From Candidatus Melainabacteria bacterium (GTDB taxonomy: Bacteria > Cyanobacteriota > Vampirovibrionia > Vampirovibrionales > JAJTHC01), in contig JAPLIO010000211.1 in NCBI GenBank assembly GCA_026389055.1, forward strand, positions 1 through 35,041: a DNA stretch of 35,041 nt, in the 5' to 3' direction. A model generated the notes under the pieces. That model had not been told where the DNA came from, searched no databases, and worked only from the letters and a program-made list of their open reading frames with translations. Position 1 is the first letter of the stretch. The number at the start of each line of letters is the position of its first letter. Position numbers and translations under genes: made by a program. Of this stretch, positions 1 through 8,977 are shown one piece after another.

Positions 1-53
1 AGTACCGCAAATGACAACGAAGATGCCCCAGATATTGAGTCATGCAAGAGGTC
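1..53 (-). mobile_element. Partial copy, cut by the window edge, of a ~147-bp MITE-like element (element A)
   Basis: nt 1-57 are the reverse complement of nt 32917-32973 with 3 mismatches by eye. It ends in the same terminus, CATGCAAGAGGTC, followed by TAA at 54-56. Confidence 0.6.
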
Positions 54-636
54 TAATACAACAGATAGGGTATGGTTACCTTCTATTCAACCATAAACAA
101 GCGGTTCGTTTTATCTTGTTATACCCATTCACTTTGGCTTTTGATAGAAAGCTTAACTCTCAATTATCACTAAATTTTACTGAAAATGTTAGCTTCAAAC
201 CATAAGCAGTTGGAAACAGGCTGGTGCGAACGTAGTGAAGCAGAGCAATTAGGGAGCCTCTAGCTTCCGCTCAAGCCTATTTTCAACGTACACGAGCCTA
301 TTAACCAGTTGTTCCCCTGGGGATTATTAAGGGGGCGGTGAGCATCCCTTAATTTTGTGGGGGGGGTTGGGGGGTCTGCTAGAAGCAGAGTGATTGCAGT
401 ACAATCAACAAATACCACCCCCCATGAAGCCCTAGCCCGAAGCGATTAACTCATCCGTATTCTGAAGATAAAAATATTGGGTGGTATAAGACCCATTCAC
501 CTTCCCATCTGGGAGAATCAAATATTAGTATGTTCGTAGTAGCACAGAAATAACTGTTCCCTGTTTTATATAGATGTAGATTCCCTTAATCATGCCTTTT
601 CTTTAGTCCCCTTCTATATAAGAGTCTTTCAACCCT

Positions 637-1020
637 ATGCTTCCTTATTATTCCATGCCCCCTTACGCTGGCGGTAATTATTTAACGGAACAATCTATTC
701 GTGGCTATAACTACCCCTTTAGCACGGCATATGCTGCTAGCCCAGTGGTAGATGGGTACTATCCTAGCACGCAAGCAATGGTGCCACCGCCAGAGGAAAA
801 GGAGCATCGGATAGGGTTTTTTGAATGGCTTAGTGAGTTAGATGTGGTAGATAGCACCTTGATTTTGGCGGGTATTTGTTTAACGGTACTCTTTGTTTGT
901 GGGATGGTTACAGGGCTTATTCAAGATGGTATGCGAGCAATTGAACGCAAAGAAAATGAAGAACGCCCTAATTTCTTCCAACGGTTGTTTCAGGGTAAAA
1001 ATAAAGCTAGGAAGCTTTAA
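637..1020 (+). CDS. Hypothetical protein with a Tyr/Pro-rich N-terminus, one predicted TM helix and a basic C-terminus
   Basis: 127-aa ORF with an ATG start. Hydrophobic stretch LILAGICLTVLFVCGMVTGLI. I recognise no family. Confidence 0.45.
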   Translation: MLPYYSMPPYAGGNYLTEQSIRGYNYPFSTAYAASPVVDGYYPSTQAMVPPPEEKEHRIGFFEWLSELDVVDSTLILAGICLTVLFVCGMVTGLIQDGMRAIERKENEERPNFFQRLFQGKNKARKL

Positions 1021-1043
1021 ATAATTGAAACCGTTCTATGTCA

Positions 1044-1811
1044 TCATCGCACTAAAATGTTATAAGCTTGTTCAAAGCCTAAGGTGGTTAATTGCCCATG
1101 CCCTGTAACAATTGCCATATCTTCAGGGGCATCCAGCTTCAGCAATCGTCCTTTGACGGATTGTTCAATTTGTTTATCAGAGCCACCCCATAAATCCGTT
1201 CGTCCAATAGAGCCTCTAAATAGCGTATCACCCGCTATTAGTACATTTAAACTGGGCAATTGCACACAACTAGACCCCGGTGTATGCCCTGGCGTGTGCA
1301 AACACTTACCCACCGCTGGCAACGTAACGCCTTCCTGCCCAGAGGCAAAAACCAAGGGTTGCCCTTCACTCAACCACGCATCTGGCGGAGCCGTTTTTTC
1401 TTTCGGTAGCGGTATATTATAGCGTTGGCACTGTTCGGGTAACATCTCCCAAAGAGGGGCATCTGCCTTATGCAGGTGTAACGTGGTTTGTGTGGCTTGC
1501 CGAAGGGCTTCGCTTGCCATGAAATGATCAAAATGGGCATGGCTATGCCAAACTTGTACTAAATTTTCTACCCCATGTACAATAAATAAGCGATGAAGCA
1601 ACCACTCCGCATCGCCCCCTGCATCAATAACGGTCGCCTGCCGAGTAGGCTTATGGATAATGACCGTGCAGTTACATTGCAGTGGCCCAACGGCAAATAC
1701 TTCTACCAAATAATCAGGCGTATCTGCCAAGGTTTGAATGGTTTTTTTAGCAGGCTTATAGTTTTTTAATTTTCCGTACAAGGGTAATTGTAAGCGTCCC
1801 ATCATCATCAT
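1044..1811 (-). CDS. MBL-fold metallo-hydrolase (glyoxalase II-like)
   Basis: HSHAHFDH (HxHxDH) motif, with later TPGHTPG and GDTLF motifs typical of the metallo-beta-lactamase fold. Start moved to the ATGx4 run at 1800-1811, which follows GAGGAG. The track start at 1826 is an upstream TTG that overlaps that SD. Confidence 0.85.
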   Translation of the reverse strand: MMMMGRLQLPLYGKLKNYKPAKKTIQTLADTPDYLVEVFAVGPLQCNCTVIIHKPTRQATVIDAGGDAEWLLHRLFIVHGVENLVQVWHSHAHFDHFMASEALRQATQTTLHLHKADAPLWEMLPEQCQRYNIPLPKEKTAPPDAWLSEGQPLVFASGQEGVTLPAVGKCLHTPGHTPGSSCVQLPSLNVLIAGDTLFRGSIGRTDLWGGSDKQIEQSVKGRLLKLDAPEDMAIVTGHGQLTTLGFEQAYNILVR

Positions 1812-1946
1812 TAAAGCTCCTCTCAAATTATTAAGTTTTACTGATAGACTATTGTAATACTAAACAATAACGATACAATAAACAGGGAATAAACTGTACG
1901 TTCATTTTCCAAAAACTATCAACACATTTGGAGTAAAACCACCCTT

Positions 1947-2369
1947 ATGAAAAAGTCTTCTTTTTCGCCTGTTAAACGGATTGCCCTTGTACTGGTCTGC
2001 TTAGCGGTGGGGTTTGCTTTATCGGTTAAAACAACGCCTGCGGTTGATGCCAAAAATAGTGGTGCTGATAGGCTAGTGGTGTTTACCGCCAGTTGGTGTG
2101 CTTCCTGCAGAACGTTAGTGCCTAGCCTGCAAGAAGTAGCTACTTCGTTAGCGTTACCCGTGGAAGTAGTTGATGTAGATAGCGTTACAGCAGAAGCAGC
2201 AGCGAAAGCTATTGGGGTAGCATTGCCTAGCAAAGAATTACCACAGGGGTTTTATGTGCAAAGCAACGGTAGTACGTTGGTATTTGATGGTACGGGCTAT
2301 ACCCAAAATGATGGGGCAAAGGCGAAAACCACGACGCGTGGTAAAATTTTGCAAAATCAGGGCGGCTAA
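1947..2369 (+). CDS. Secreted thioredoxin-fold protein
   Basis: N-terminal signal-like segment (KRIALVLVCLAVGFALS), then FTASWCASCR, a WCxxC redox motif. Confidence 0.7.
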   Translation: MKKSSFSPVKRIALVLVCLAVGFALSVKTTPAVDAKNSGADRLVVFTASWCASCRTLVPSLQEVATSLALPVEVVDVDSVTAEAAAKAIGVALPSKELPQGFYVQSNGSTLVFDGTGYTQNDGAKAKTTTRGKILQNQGG

Positions 2370-2527
2370 TAAAGTGCTTATCTCTGCGTTCTAATGCAAA
2401 AACAGAGACGACTTGTCTTGCCTCTCTACAGAGGTAGGCGTAGCTTATAAATGAGTGGAACAGTGATATCAACTGTTCTGCATTATAGTTGTGAAGATAA
2501 ATAACTTTTAAGCAATAAGGCAATTTA

Positions 2528-2663
2528 TACCAATTCAAAGTTTGAATAGCGTATTTAATGTAGGGGCGTGATTTATCACGTCCGCCCCACAATCCCCAAA
2601 CGGATGCGATAAATCGCACCCCTACACAGAAAAAATTTACGCTATTTAATCTTTGAATTGGTA
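2528..2663. mobile_element. 136-bp imperfect palindrome / MITE-like element (element B), flanked by direct TTA repeats
   Basis: The outer 27-nt arms, 2527-2553 and 2638-2664, pair at 25/27 by eye, and inner arms (GTAGGGGCGTGATTTATC / GATAAATCGCACCCCTAC) also pair. TTA at 2525-2527 and 2664-2666 is a direct repeat, not a palindromic extension. Confidence 0.6.
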
Positions 2664-2792
2664 TTAGCTCTTCTACTTGTTTTTTTATGGCGTAACCTTG
2701 TCGCATTTTTGCTATACTGATAGCACTTATCTTCGGTAAAATGACTACACTCTATCGTCATTTTATCCGTTAAACGCTAGGATTTTTTTCTC

Positions 2793-4424
2793 ATGCAAAC
2801 ACTGGAATCGCCTAATATCAGCACAACTACCACGCAATGGCATAAATACAACCCCGCAACAGGCGATTGGCTTGGGCAGTATGAAAACCCTACCCCTGAA
2901 ACCATCGAAGCTCAACTCGTCTTAGCGTCTCAAGCTCAGCCTGCGTGGGCCGCACTCCCCTTTGAAACACGGCTAGACGTGCTAAAAAAAGTAGAGCAAT
3001 TACTGGTAGACCGTGCTGACCCATTGGCGTTGGTTATCAGCAAAGAAGTGGGCAAGCCCCTAGCGGAAGCTTATCAAAGCGATTTACTCTCGGCAAGGAT
3101 GGCGTTGAATCATGCTATTAAGCAAGGTAAAAAGCTCTTTCAACCTCGTTCTCTTAATTGGCATAGAGGCTTATTGTTTGGTAGAACGTTTATACAACGA
3201 CCTGTTGCCAAGGGGGTTATTGCCGTTATTTCTCCGTGGAATTACCCTATTGGTACCCCCATGAGCGGGCTGGCAGGGGCTTTTCTGGCAGGTAATGCCA
3301 TTATTTTTAAACCCAGCGAAAAAACACCTGCTTGTGGCACCGCCGTAGCTCAATTATTTATCGATGCCTTAACCTACTACAACCTGCCGACTGGGTGCTT
3401 TCAGGTAATCAATGGCACGGGGGCGGTAGGTAAGCAAGTGGTAGAATCTCCGTTGGTTCAGGCGGTGTTTTTTACGGGTAGCGAATCGGTTGGGCGGTGG
3501 ATTCAAGCCGAATGTACGCGTCAAAATAAACCGTACACCTTGGAATTAGGCGGTTCAGACCCGCTAATTATTCTGCCCAGTGCGGTTTCGATGGATTTAG
3601 AGGCGATTGTTAGCTTTGCCGTTTGGGGAAGGTTCAGTAATGCAGGGCAAACGTGTGCAGCTGTAAAACGCTTGTTAGTACCAAAAGCCTTAGCCTCTGT
3701 TGTGCAGGCATTGGTTGTTGCGAAAGTGGCTCAATTACGGGTGGGTAATCCGCTGGAAGCCACGACGCATATGGGACCTTTAATTGATGCCCATCAGCTA
3801 GTAACCTTAGAAGCTCAATTGGCAGATGCTCAAGCCTTGGGGGCTTCGGTTATGCGAGGGGTAGCACCTGAAAATGCGGTGGCTCATCAGGCATTTTTTG
3901 CTCCTGCCGTGGTGTGGCATGTGCCTCCGCAAGCCAAAGTATTAACTGAAGAAGTATTTGGAGCGATTTTGCCCATTGTCGTTTATGAAACGGTGGCGGA
4001 AGCTGTGGCTCATTGTAATGCGTTGCCCTTTGGGCTGACGACCAACGTGTTTGGGCAAGCTGAAGAAGCCAGAGCCTTGGGTAGCCAGTTGCAGTATGCC
4101 CATATTGGTGTGAATGATGTTGCTACTTGCCATTATCCACTAGCTAGGTTACCGTGGCATGGATGGAAAGCCAGCGGGCCAGGGGTTCGTAATGGCGAAG
4201 TGGGATTGATGCAATTTGTAGATGTGCAGATTGTGGGCGAAACCGTTGGGTTTGAGTGGTTGCCTTGGGTACGGAAGGCACCGTGGTTGTTTGGGGCTGG
4301 TACCAATGAGGTGGCGGATACTAAGGCATTGTTAGAAGGCATGGGGGGGGATTCCGTTATGAAGTTGCCAACCCGAGGGTTATTGCAGTATTTATGGCGA
4401 AATAGAGCGTCTCAAAAACTGTAG
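2793..4424 (+). CDS. NAD(P)-dependent aldehyde dehydrogenase family protein
   Basis: ELGGSDP and NAGQTCAA (catalytic Cys) motifs and FTGS in the cofactor region. 543 aa, with a C-terminal extension beyond the usual ALDH length. Confidence 0.9.
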   Translation: MQTLESPNISTTTTQWHKYNPATGDWLGQYENPTPETIEAQLVLASQAQPAWAALPFETRLDVLKKVEQLLVDRADPLALVISKEVGKPLAEAYQSDLLSARMALNHAIKQGKKLFQPRSLNWHRGLLFGRTFIQRPVAKGVIAVISPWNYPIGTPMSGLAGAFLAGNAIIFKPSEKTPACGTAVAQLFIDALTYYNLPTGCFQVINGTGAVGKQVVESPLVQAVFFTGSESVGRWIQAECTRQNKPYTLELGGSDPLIILPSAVSMDLEAIVSFAVWGRFSNAGQTCAAVKRLLVPKALASVVQALVVAKVAQLRVGNPLEATTHMGPLIDAHQLVTLEAQLADAQALGASVMRGVAPENAVAHQAFFAPAVVWHVPPQAKVLTEEVFGAILPIVVYETVAEAVAHCNALPFGLTTNVFGQAEEARALGSQLQYAHIGVNDVATCHYPLARLPWHGWKASGPGVRNGEVGLMQFVDVQIVGETVGFEWLPWVRKAPWLFGAGTNEVADTKALLEGMGGDSVMKLPTRGLLQYLWRNRASQKL

Positions 4425-4462
4425 ATAGTGGTATCAATTAAACGATTAACCGTCTTTTTTTA

Positions 4463-4531
4463 TCATCGATTGTTGTTTCAGTCTTTCGCTGGTTGGTTTG
4501 TCGGGGGGTGCCTGTTTGGGCACCCCCCGAC
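4463..4531 (+). repeat. Intergenic repeat (element C): conserved 37-mer followed by a GC-rich hairpin
   Basis: 4463-4499 matches 33085-33121 at 36/37. 4500-4531 is a perfect 13-bp stem (GTCGGGGGGTGCC / GGCACCCCCCGAC) with a 6-nt loop. A degenerate copy of the hairpin lies at about 33179-33201. Confidence 0.6.
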
Positions 4532-4740
4532 ACCCCCCACAAATTCAGGGGCAAGCCCCTAAAAACCCCCAAAAAGCCAACCCTCTATGCCACAAGGGCA
4601 TGGACGAGGGTATGTTCTTTTTGCCCCTTCGGTGGACGGAACGCATCGGCAGCTGCAGGGCAAATGCGATGGTCGTTCCTACTGGGTGATTTCAATTCTT
4701 ATAATATTCTAACTATTAATAGGTATGAACTTGAGCCATT

Positions 4741-5484
4741 TCAATTTTTAGGTGCTGCTAACGGTTTTTTCTGTCTTTTTAGTTTAACCTGAATAGGGTC
4801 TAAACTAATGGGGGTTAATTGCTCTACTAATATTCTGGTTTTGGCTAAATGAATTTTATTTTCCATTTCCTGTTGTTGTTCAGCTATCTTTCCTAACACA
4901 GTAGCCCCTAGTAATAGCCCAGAAGCCCCACCAATTAAGGTACCTAACCCACCCCCAAATAAGTAAGCTAACCCTGTACGGGTTTTCTGTAATTTAATCA
5001 TCATGCTTCCAAATAGCCCACCCAGTAAGGTGCCAATACCCGCCGCCATAAAGGTTGCTGAAGCGGCTTTGGAAGCAGGGTTTTTGATAAACTGTTCTTC
5101 AGGTAACGAGGTGGTTAGCGTAAAAGAAGGGCGAGCCTCTACCCCTGTTTCTTCCTGTTTGGCAGGTTTTTTCATCAGTTGTGCTAAGATTTCAGGAGGC
5201 ATAGCGTTCACGGGCTGAGTAGCATTGCGGTTGAACGTATCTTCTTGTGGTAAGTGCGTTACAGCGGGTAACACCCGAGGAGGAACCTGTCTTACTTTGG
5301 CAACAGCAGCTGATGAAGGCGTTTCTCGTTGGGAGTGGGCTTGCAAGGAATCGTCGAATAGATGTTCTTCATCATCCGCTTCAGCTTCTAGCTTGATTGA
5401 TTCAGAGGGCATACCTTTATTGGTGCCATACCTTGGCTTCATAGAGCAATGATTAGCAGTTGGAGGTAAAGATAATATCATCAT
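4741..5484 (-). CDS. Hypothetical membrane protein with glycine-zipper-like TM segments
   Basis: 247-aa ORF starting ATGATG. C-terminal half has GIGTLLGGLFG and GGGLGTLIGGASGLLLG. No family recognised. Confidence 0.5.
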   Translation of the reverse strand: MMILSLPPTANHCSMKPRYGTNKGMPSESIKLEAEADDEEHLFDDSLQAHSQRETPSSAAVAKVRQVPPRVLPAVTHLPQEDTFNRNATQPVNAMPPEILAQLMKKPAKQEETGVEARPSFTLTTSLPEEQFIKNPASKAASATFMAAGIGTLLGGLFGSMMIKLQKTRTGLAYLFGGGLGTLIGGASGLLLGATVLGKIAEQQQEMENKIHLAKTRILVEQLTPISLDPIQVKLKRQKKPLAAPKN

Positions 5485-5623
5485 GTGGCTTCAGCGTATA
5501 CTCACTTAAGGATAAGTTTAACTAACGACAAGTAGATAAACGTAGCCACAAGTAAAAAAATGCTAGGCTTTGTGAATCGATTTTTTCTAACCCAATTTGC
5601 ATTGCATCCACCAATTTCAATAA

Positions 5624-5658
5624 TTATAAGGGATGAGCTGCTTGCTCATCCCTTATAA
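5624..5658 (-). terminator. Hairpin terminator candidate downstream of nrdA
   Basis: 15-bp perfect stem (TTATAAGGGATGAGC / GCTCATCCCTTATAA) with a 5-nt loop, 27 nt past the nrdA stop. On the minus strand it is followed by an A/T-rich tract, AATTATTGAAATT. Confidence 0.55.
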
Positions 5659-5684
5659 CGGTTAAGTTTTAAACTACGACAGGA

Positions 5685-8030
5685 TTAACCACTGCAAGAT
5701 AAACATTCTTCGGGGTTATCTAACGAACAGCTGACTTCAGATTCCCGTTGTTCACGCACCAAGTCTTTATCCACCGTGAATTTAATGGCTTCAACCGCAG
5801 CATTAGAACGCAAGTAATACATGCCCGTTTTCAAGCCTTTTTTCCAAGCGTAGAAGTGCATAGACCCCATTTTGGCAAAGTTCGGGTTCGCCATATGAAT
5901 GTTCATGCTTTGGCTTTGACAGATAAAAGGACCTCTATCCGCCGCCATATCCAAAATATCCCGTTGTTTAATTTCCCAAACGGTTTTGTACAACGCCTTA
6001 ATTTCATCTGGCACATTGGTTAAGTTTTGAACAGACCCATTGCCAGCAATAATCCGATGCCGAATCCGCTCATCCCACAAGCCCAACCGAATTAAATCTT
6101 TCACCAAATAGCGATTAATAATGGTAAATTCGCCCGAAAGCACCCGACGGGTGTAAAGGTTAGAGGTGTAGGGTTCAAAACATTCGTTATTACCTAAAAT
6201 TTGCGAGGTAGAGGCAGTAGGCATGGGAGCTAACAACAAACTATTTCGTAAACCATGTTGTTGAACTTTCGCTTTAAGTGCCAACCAATCGTATCGGTCA
6301 GAAGGCTGATGGTTCCACAAATCAAACTGCAATTGCCCCTTAGAAGCGGGCGACCCTTCAAAGGTACTGTAAGCCCCATCACGTTCAGCCAGTTCCATTG
6401 AAGCTTCAACGGCAGCGTGGTAAAGGGTTTCGGCAATATCTTTGTTTAATTGTTTGGCTTCATCGCTATCAAAGGCGTACCGCATCAACAAAAACGCATC
6501 TGCCAACCCTTGAATACCAATACCAATAGGACGATGCCGAAGGTTACTGTTGGCCGCTTCAGGGATGGGATAGAAGTTTAAATCGATAATTTTGTTGAGG
6601 TTGCGGGTAACCACTTTGGTTACTTCATGTAGCTTCTCAAAATCGAATTTTCCACTCGTAACAAACCGATTCAACGCAATAGAAGCCAAGTTGCAAACCG
6701 CCACTTCATCATTAGCCGTGTATTCCACAATTTCAGTACACAAGTTGGAAGACTTGATGGTACCTAGGTTTTGCTGGTTTGATTTCCCATTACACGCATC
6801 TTTATAAAGCATGTAAGGCGTACCCGTTTCAATTTGAGATTCTAATATGGTGAACCACAATTCCCGAGCCTTGACCACTTTTTTGGCTTTGCCTTTGGCT
6901 TCATAGCTGGTGTAAAGCGTTTCAAAGGCATCACCCCAAACATCCGCCAAACCAGGGGCTTCGTTCGGGCAGAAGAGCGACCAATCCGCATCTTCTTCTA
7001 CCCGTTTCATGAATAAATCTGGAATCCACAAGGCGGTAAATAAATCCCGAGTCCGTAGTTCTTCTTTTCCGTGGTTTTTCCGTAAATCTAGGAATTCAAA
7101 CACATCGGCGTGCCAAGGTTCTAGGTAAACCGCGAACGCTCCTTTGCGTTTGTTGCCGCCTTGGTCTACATAGCGGGCTGTATCGTTGAAGACCCGTAAC
7201 ATGGGAACAATACCGTTGGAAGTACCATTCGTACCTTTAATGTAGCTACCTTTAGCTCTTACGTTATGGATGTGTAAGCCAATGCCACCTGCAGATTTTG
7301 AGATAAGAGCAGTTTGTTTAAGCGTATCGTAAATGCCCGTGATGCTATCATCCTGCATGCCTAATAGGAAGCAAGAAGAAAGTTGCGGTTGCGGCGTGCC
7401 AGCATTAAATAACGTAGGAGAAGCGTGGGTAAACCATTTTTCAGAAAGCAGATTGTAGGTTTCAATCACGGCGTCTAAATCGCCACAATGAATACCAACA
7501 GCTACCCGCATCCACATATGTTGAGGGCGTTCAGCAACCACGCCTTTCAGTTTCAGTAAATAGCTACGTTCTAAGGTTTTGAAACCAAAATAATCAAACA
7601 AATAATCTCGTTCGTACCGAACCACGGCATCGAGGCGTTTGGCATTTTCTTGAATAAATTGATAGACGGATTCTGAAAGCAGCTGGGCTTTTTGTTCAGA
7701 CCGAGGGTCAATGTAGTCATACAAATCTTTGGCTACTTCGCTAAACGACCCTTTCGTTTTTTTGTGCAGGTTGGAAATAGCAATTCTGGCGGAAAGTACC
7801 GCATAATCGGGATGGGTAGCGGTAAGGGAAGCAGCGGTTTCCGCAGCTAATTGGTCTAGCAGCTCGGTGGTAACGCCATCATACAAGCCTTCTACCACTT
7901 TAATTGCCACTTCATCTGGCTTTACAAACCGATGATCTAAATCAAAGCTGAGAGATTTTATTCTATCCATAATCTCGTCAAAGCGAACTTCAACACGACT
8001 GCCATCTCGTTTAATAACTTTCATCATCAT
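5685..8030 (-). CDS. nrdA: Ribonucleoside-diphosphate reductase large subunit, class Ia, eukaryote-like R1
   Basis: N-terminal ATP-cone ([16 protein letters not shown]), active-site SNLCTEI, and a C-terminal [14 protein letters not shown] redox tail. Long stretches match eukaryotic R1 as I remember it. The start is an ATGx3 run at 8022-8030. Confidence 0.95.
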   Translation of the reverse strand: MMMKVIKRDGSRVEVRFDEIMDRIKSLSFDLDHRFVKPDEVAIKVVEGLYDGVTTELLDQLAAETAASLTATHPDYAVLSARIAISNLHKKTKGSFSEVAKDLYDYIDPRSEQKAQLLSESVYQFIQENAKRLDAVVRYERDYLFDYFGFKTLERSYLLKLKGVVAERPQHMWMRVAVGIHCGDLDAVIETYNLLSEKWFTHASPTLFNAGTPQPQLSSCFLLGMQDDSITGIYDTLKQTALISKSAGGIGLHIHNVRAKGSYIKGTNGTSNGIVPMLRVFNDTARYVDQGGNKRKGAFAVYLEPWHADVFEFLDLRKNHGKEELRTRDLFTALWIPDLFMKRVEEDADWSLFCPNEAPGLADVWGDAFETLYTSYEAKGKAKKVVKARELWFTILESQIETGTPYMLYKDACNGKSNQQNLGTIKSSNLCTEIVEYTANDEVAVCNLASIALNRFVTSGKFDFEKLHEVTKVVTRNLNKIIDLNFYPIPEAANSNLRHRPIGIGIQGLADAFLLMRYAFDSDEAKQLNKDIAETLYHAAVEASMELAERDGAYSTFEGSPASKGQLQFDLWNHQPSDRYDWLALKAKVQQHGLRNSLLLAPMPTASTSQILGNNECFEPYTSNLYTRRVLSGEFTIINRYLVKDLIRLGLWDERIRHRIIAGNGSVQNLTNVPDEIKALYKTVWEIKQRDILDMAADRGPFICQSQSMNIHMANPNFAKMGSMHFYAWKKGLKTGMYYLRSNAAVEAIKFTVDKDLVREQRESEVSCSLDNPEECLSCSG

Positions 8031-8407
8031 ATTAAAAGTGTCTCCCTCAAGCGGTTTTAAATTTTAGCGTCTAATACTATTTTCAAATGGGAATAGCGTT
8101 AGATGGACACTAGGCACTGGCAAGTAAAAAACCGCAGGCGTACATAGAGGTACGTTGAGGATTTTTTACTTGACGGTAACAACGTAGACGCTGACGATAT
8201 TTCTATTTGAAATTGGTATAATGCAACTAGGTATCTTTTTATTATAGGACGAGTAGGCGAAATGAAAAAGTAAAACTTATGTAAAGCTAATCTTGACATT
8301 TTTGAAATAAATGGTTTTTTTGTACCTGCTCCATTCTCTTTGAATTTTGCGTTATAATGGTTTGTAAATTAGCCTTCTTTTTCTCGTAACCTTAACAGCA
8401 GGTATTT

Positions 8408-8884
8408 ATGGTCAATTCTTTTAAAAAATTAGCTACTAACAGAGCGTTTACCTTAATGGAACTGGTTATGGTTATTGCTATTTTGGGCATTTTTGCCACT
8501 TTTGCGGTCGTTGCCTTTGGCGATGCTGACGAACAAAAAGATGTACGGGCGTTTAATTCCGTTCAAGCAACGTTGCAAAGTGTGGAAATACAAGGGGCGG
8601 AGAGAACTAATTCCAGACCACAAGAGTTAGCCGCTGCTACCATTATTGCGGCTATGCCCCCCCATGCTTTTATTGATTTAACCGTAACCAATGAAACCAA
8701 CATTTTAGCGATAGCCAACCGAGGTCTTTCTAGAACGGTAGAGTTTGCTACCAATGCCTGTGGAGATGTTTGTATGGTAAACATTACAGGGTTTGTTACC
8801 TATGGTTTACAACCCTTGCCTAAACAGGATTGTAACGAGCCTGGTGCTGGGGTAACCCCTTGTAATTACTTGGCAGGCTCTTAA
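8408..8884 (+). CDS. Prepilin-type N-terminal cleavage/methylation domain protein (type IV pilin or pseudopilin-like)
   Basis: N-terminus KKLATNRAFTLMELVMVIAILGIFATFAVVAF: an FTLxE motif plus a hydrophobic helix. Residue -1 is Ala rather than the usual Gly. Confidence 0.7.
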   Translation: MVNSFKKLATNRAFTLMELVMVIAILGIFATFAVVAFGDADEQKDVRAFNSVQATLQSVEIQGAERTNSRPQELAAATIIAAMPPHAFIDLTVTNETNILAIANRGLSRTVEFATNACGDVCMVNITGFVTYGLQPLPKQDCNEPGAGVTPCNYLAGS

Positions 8885-8977
8885 TTGAAGGAAGCTTTTT
8901 CAGGGGTTTCTTAAGGTTTTGGTTGCTTGAGCCGATAGCACTATCATGGTAAACCAAACCACTGGGGTGCTATTTGA

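Noticed and set aside
11-205. 64-aa ORF at the window start
   Set aside because: It starts inside the MITE-like element A copy and continues through AT-rich non-coding-looking sequence. There is no SD and no recognisable product.
2227-2706. 159-aa minus-strand ORF
   Set aside because: It overlaps the 3' end of the thioredoxin-like gene and reads straight through palindromic element B. Its sequence is low-complexity and looks like nothing I recognise, so it is probably a repeat artefact.
4343-4350. G6-G8 homopolymers inside coding regions (4343-4350 in the aldehyde dehydrogenase gene, 25725-25732 in the first amidase gene, 11762-11767 and 11777-11783 in the PBP gene) as phase-variation switches
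   Set aside because: They encode Gly-Gly dipeptides in housekeeping genes, including the conserved GT51 region of the PBP. They fit a general preference for GGG glycine codons. Phase variation of such genes is unlikely without read-level evidence.
4493-4792. 99-aa and 63-aa plus-strand ORFs (4493-4792 and 4498-4689)
   Set aside because: Two overlapping frames run across the G/C-run repeat region and into the 3' end of the opposite-strand gene. Their Pro/Gly/Arg-rich translations are what C- and G-runs produce.
8099-8299. 66-aa minus-strand ORF between nrdA and the pilin gene
   Set aside because: It spans the AT-stemmed hairpin in a divergent promoter region, has AT-rich low-complexity composition and no SD.
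8353-8358. TATAAT box upstream of the first pilin gene, and the TTGACA at 8293-8298
   Set aside because: Neither has a partner hexamer at 16-18 nt spacing or an extended -10 TG, so I do not report them as promoters.
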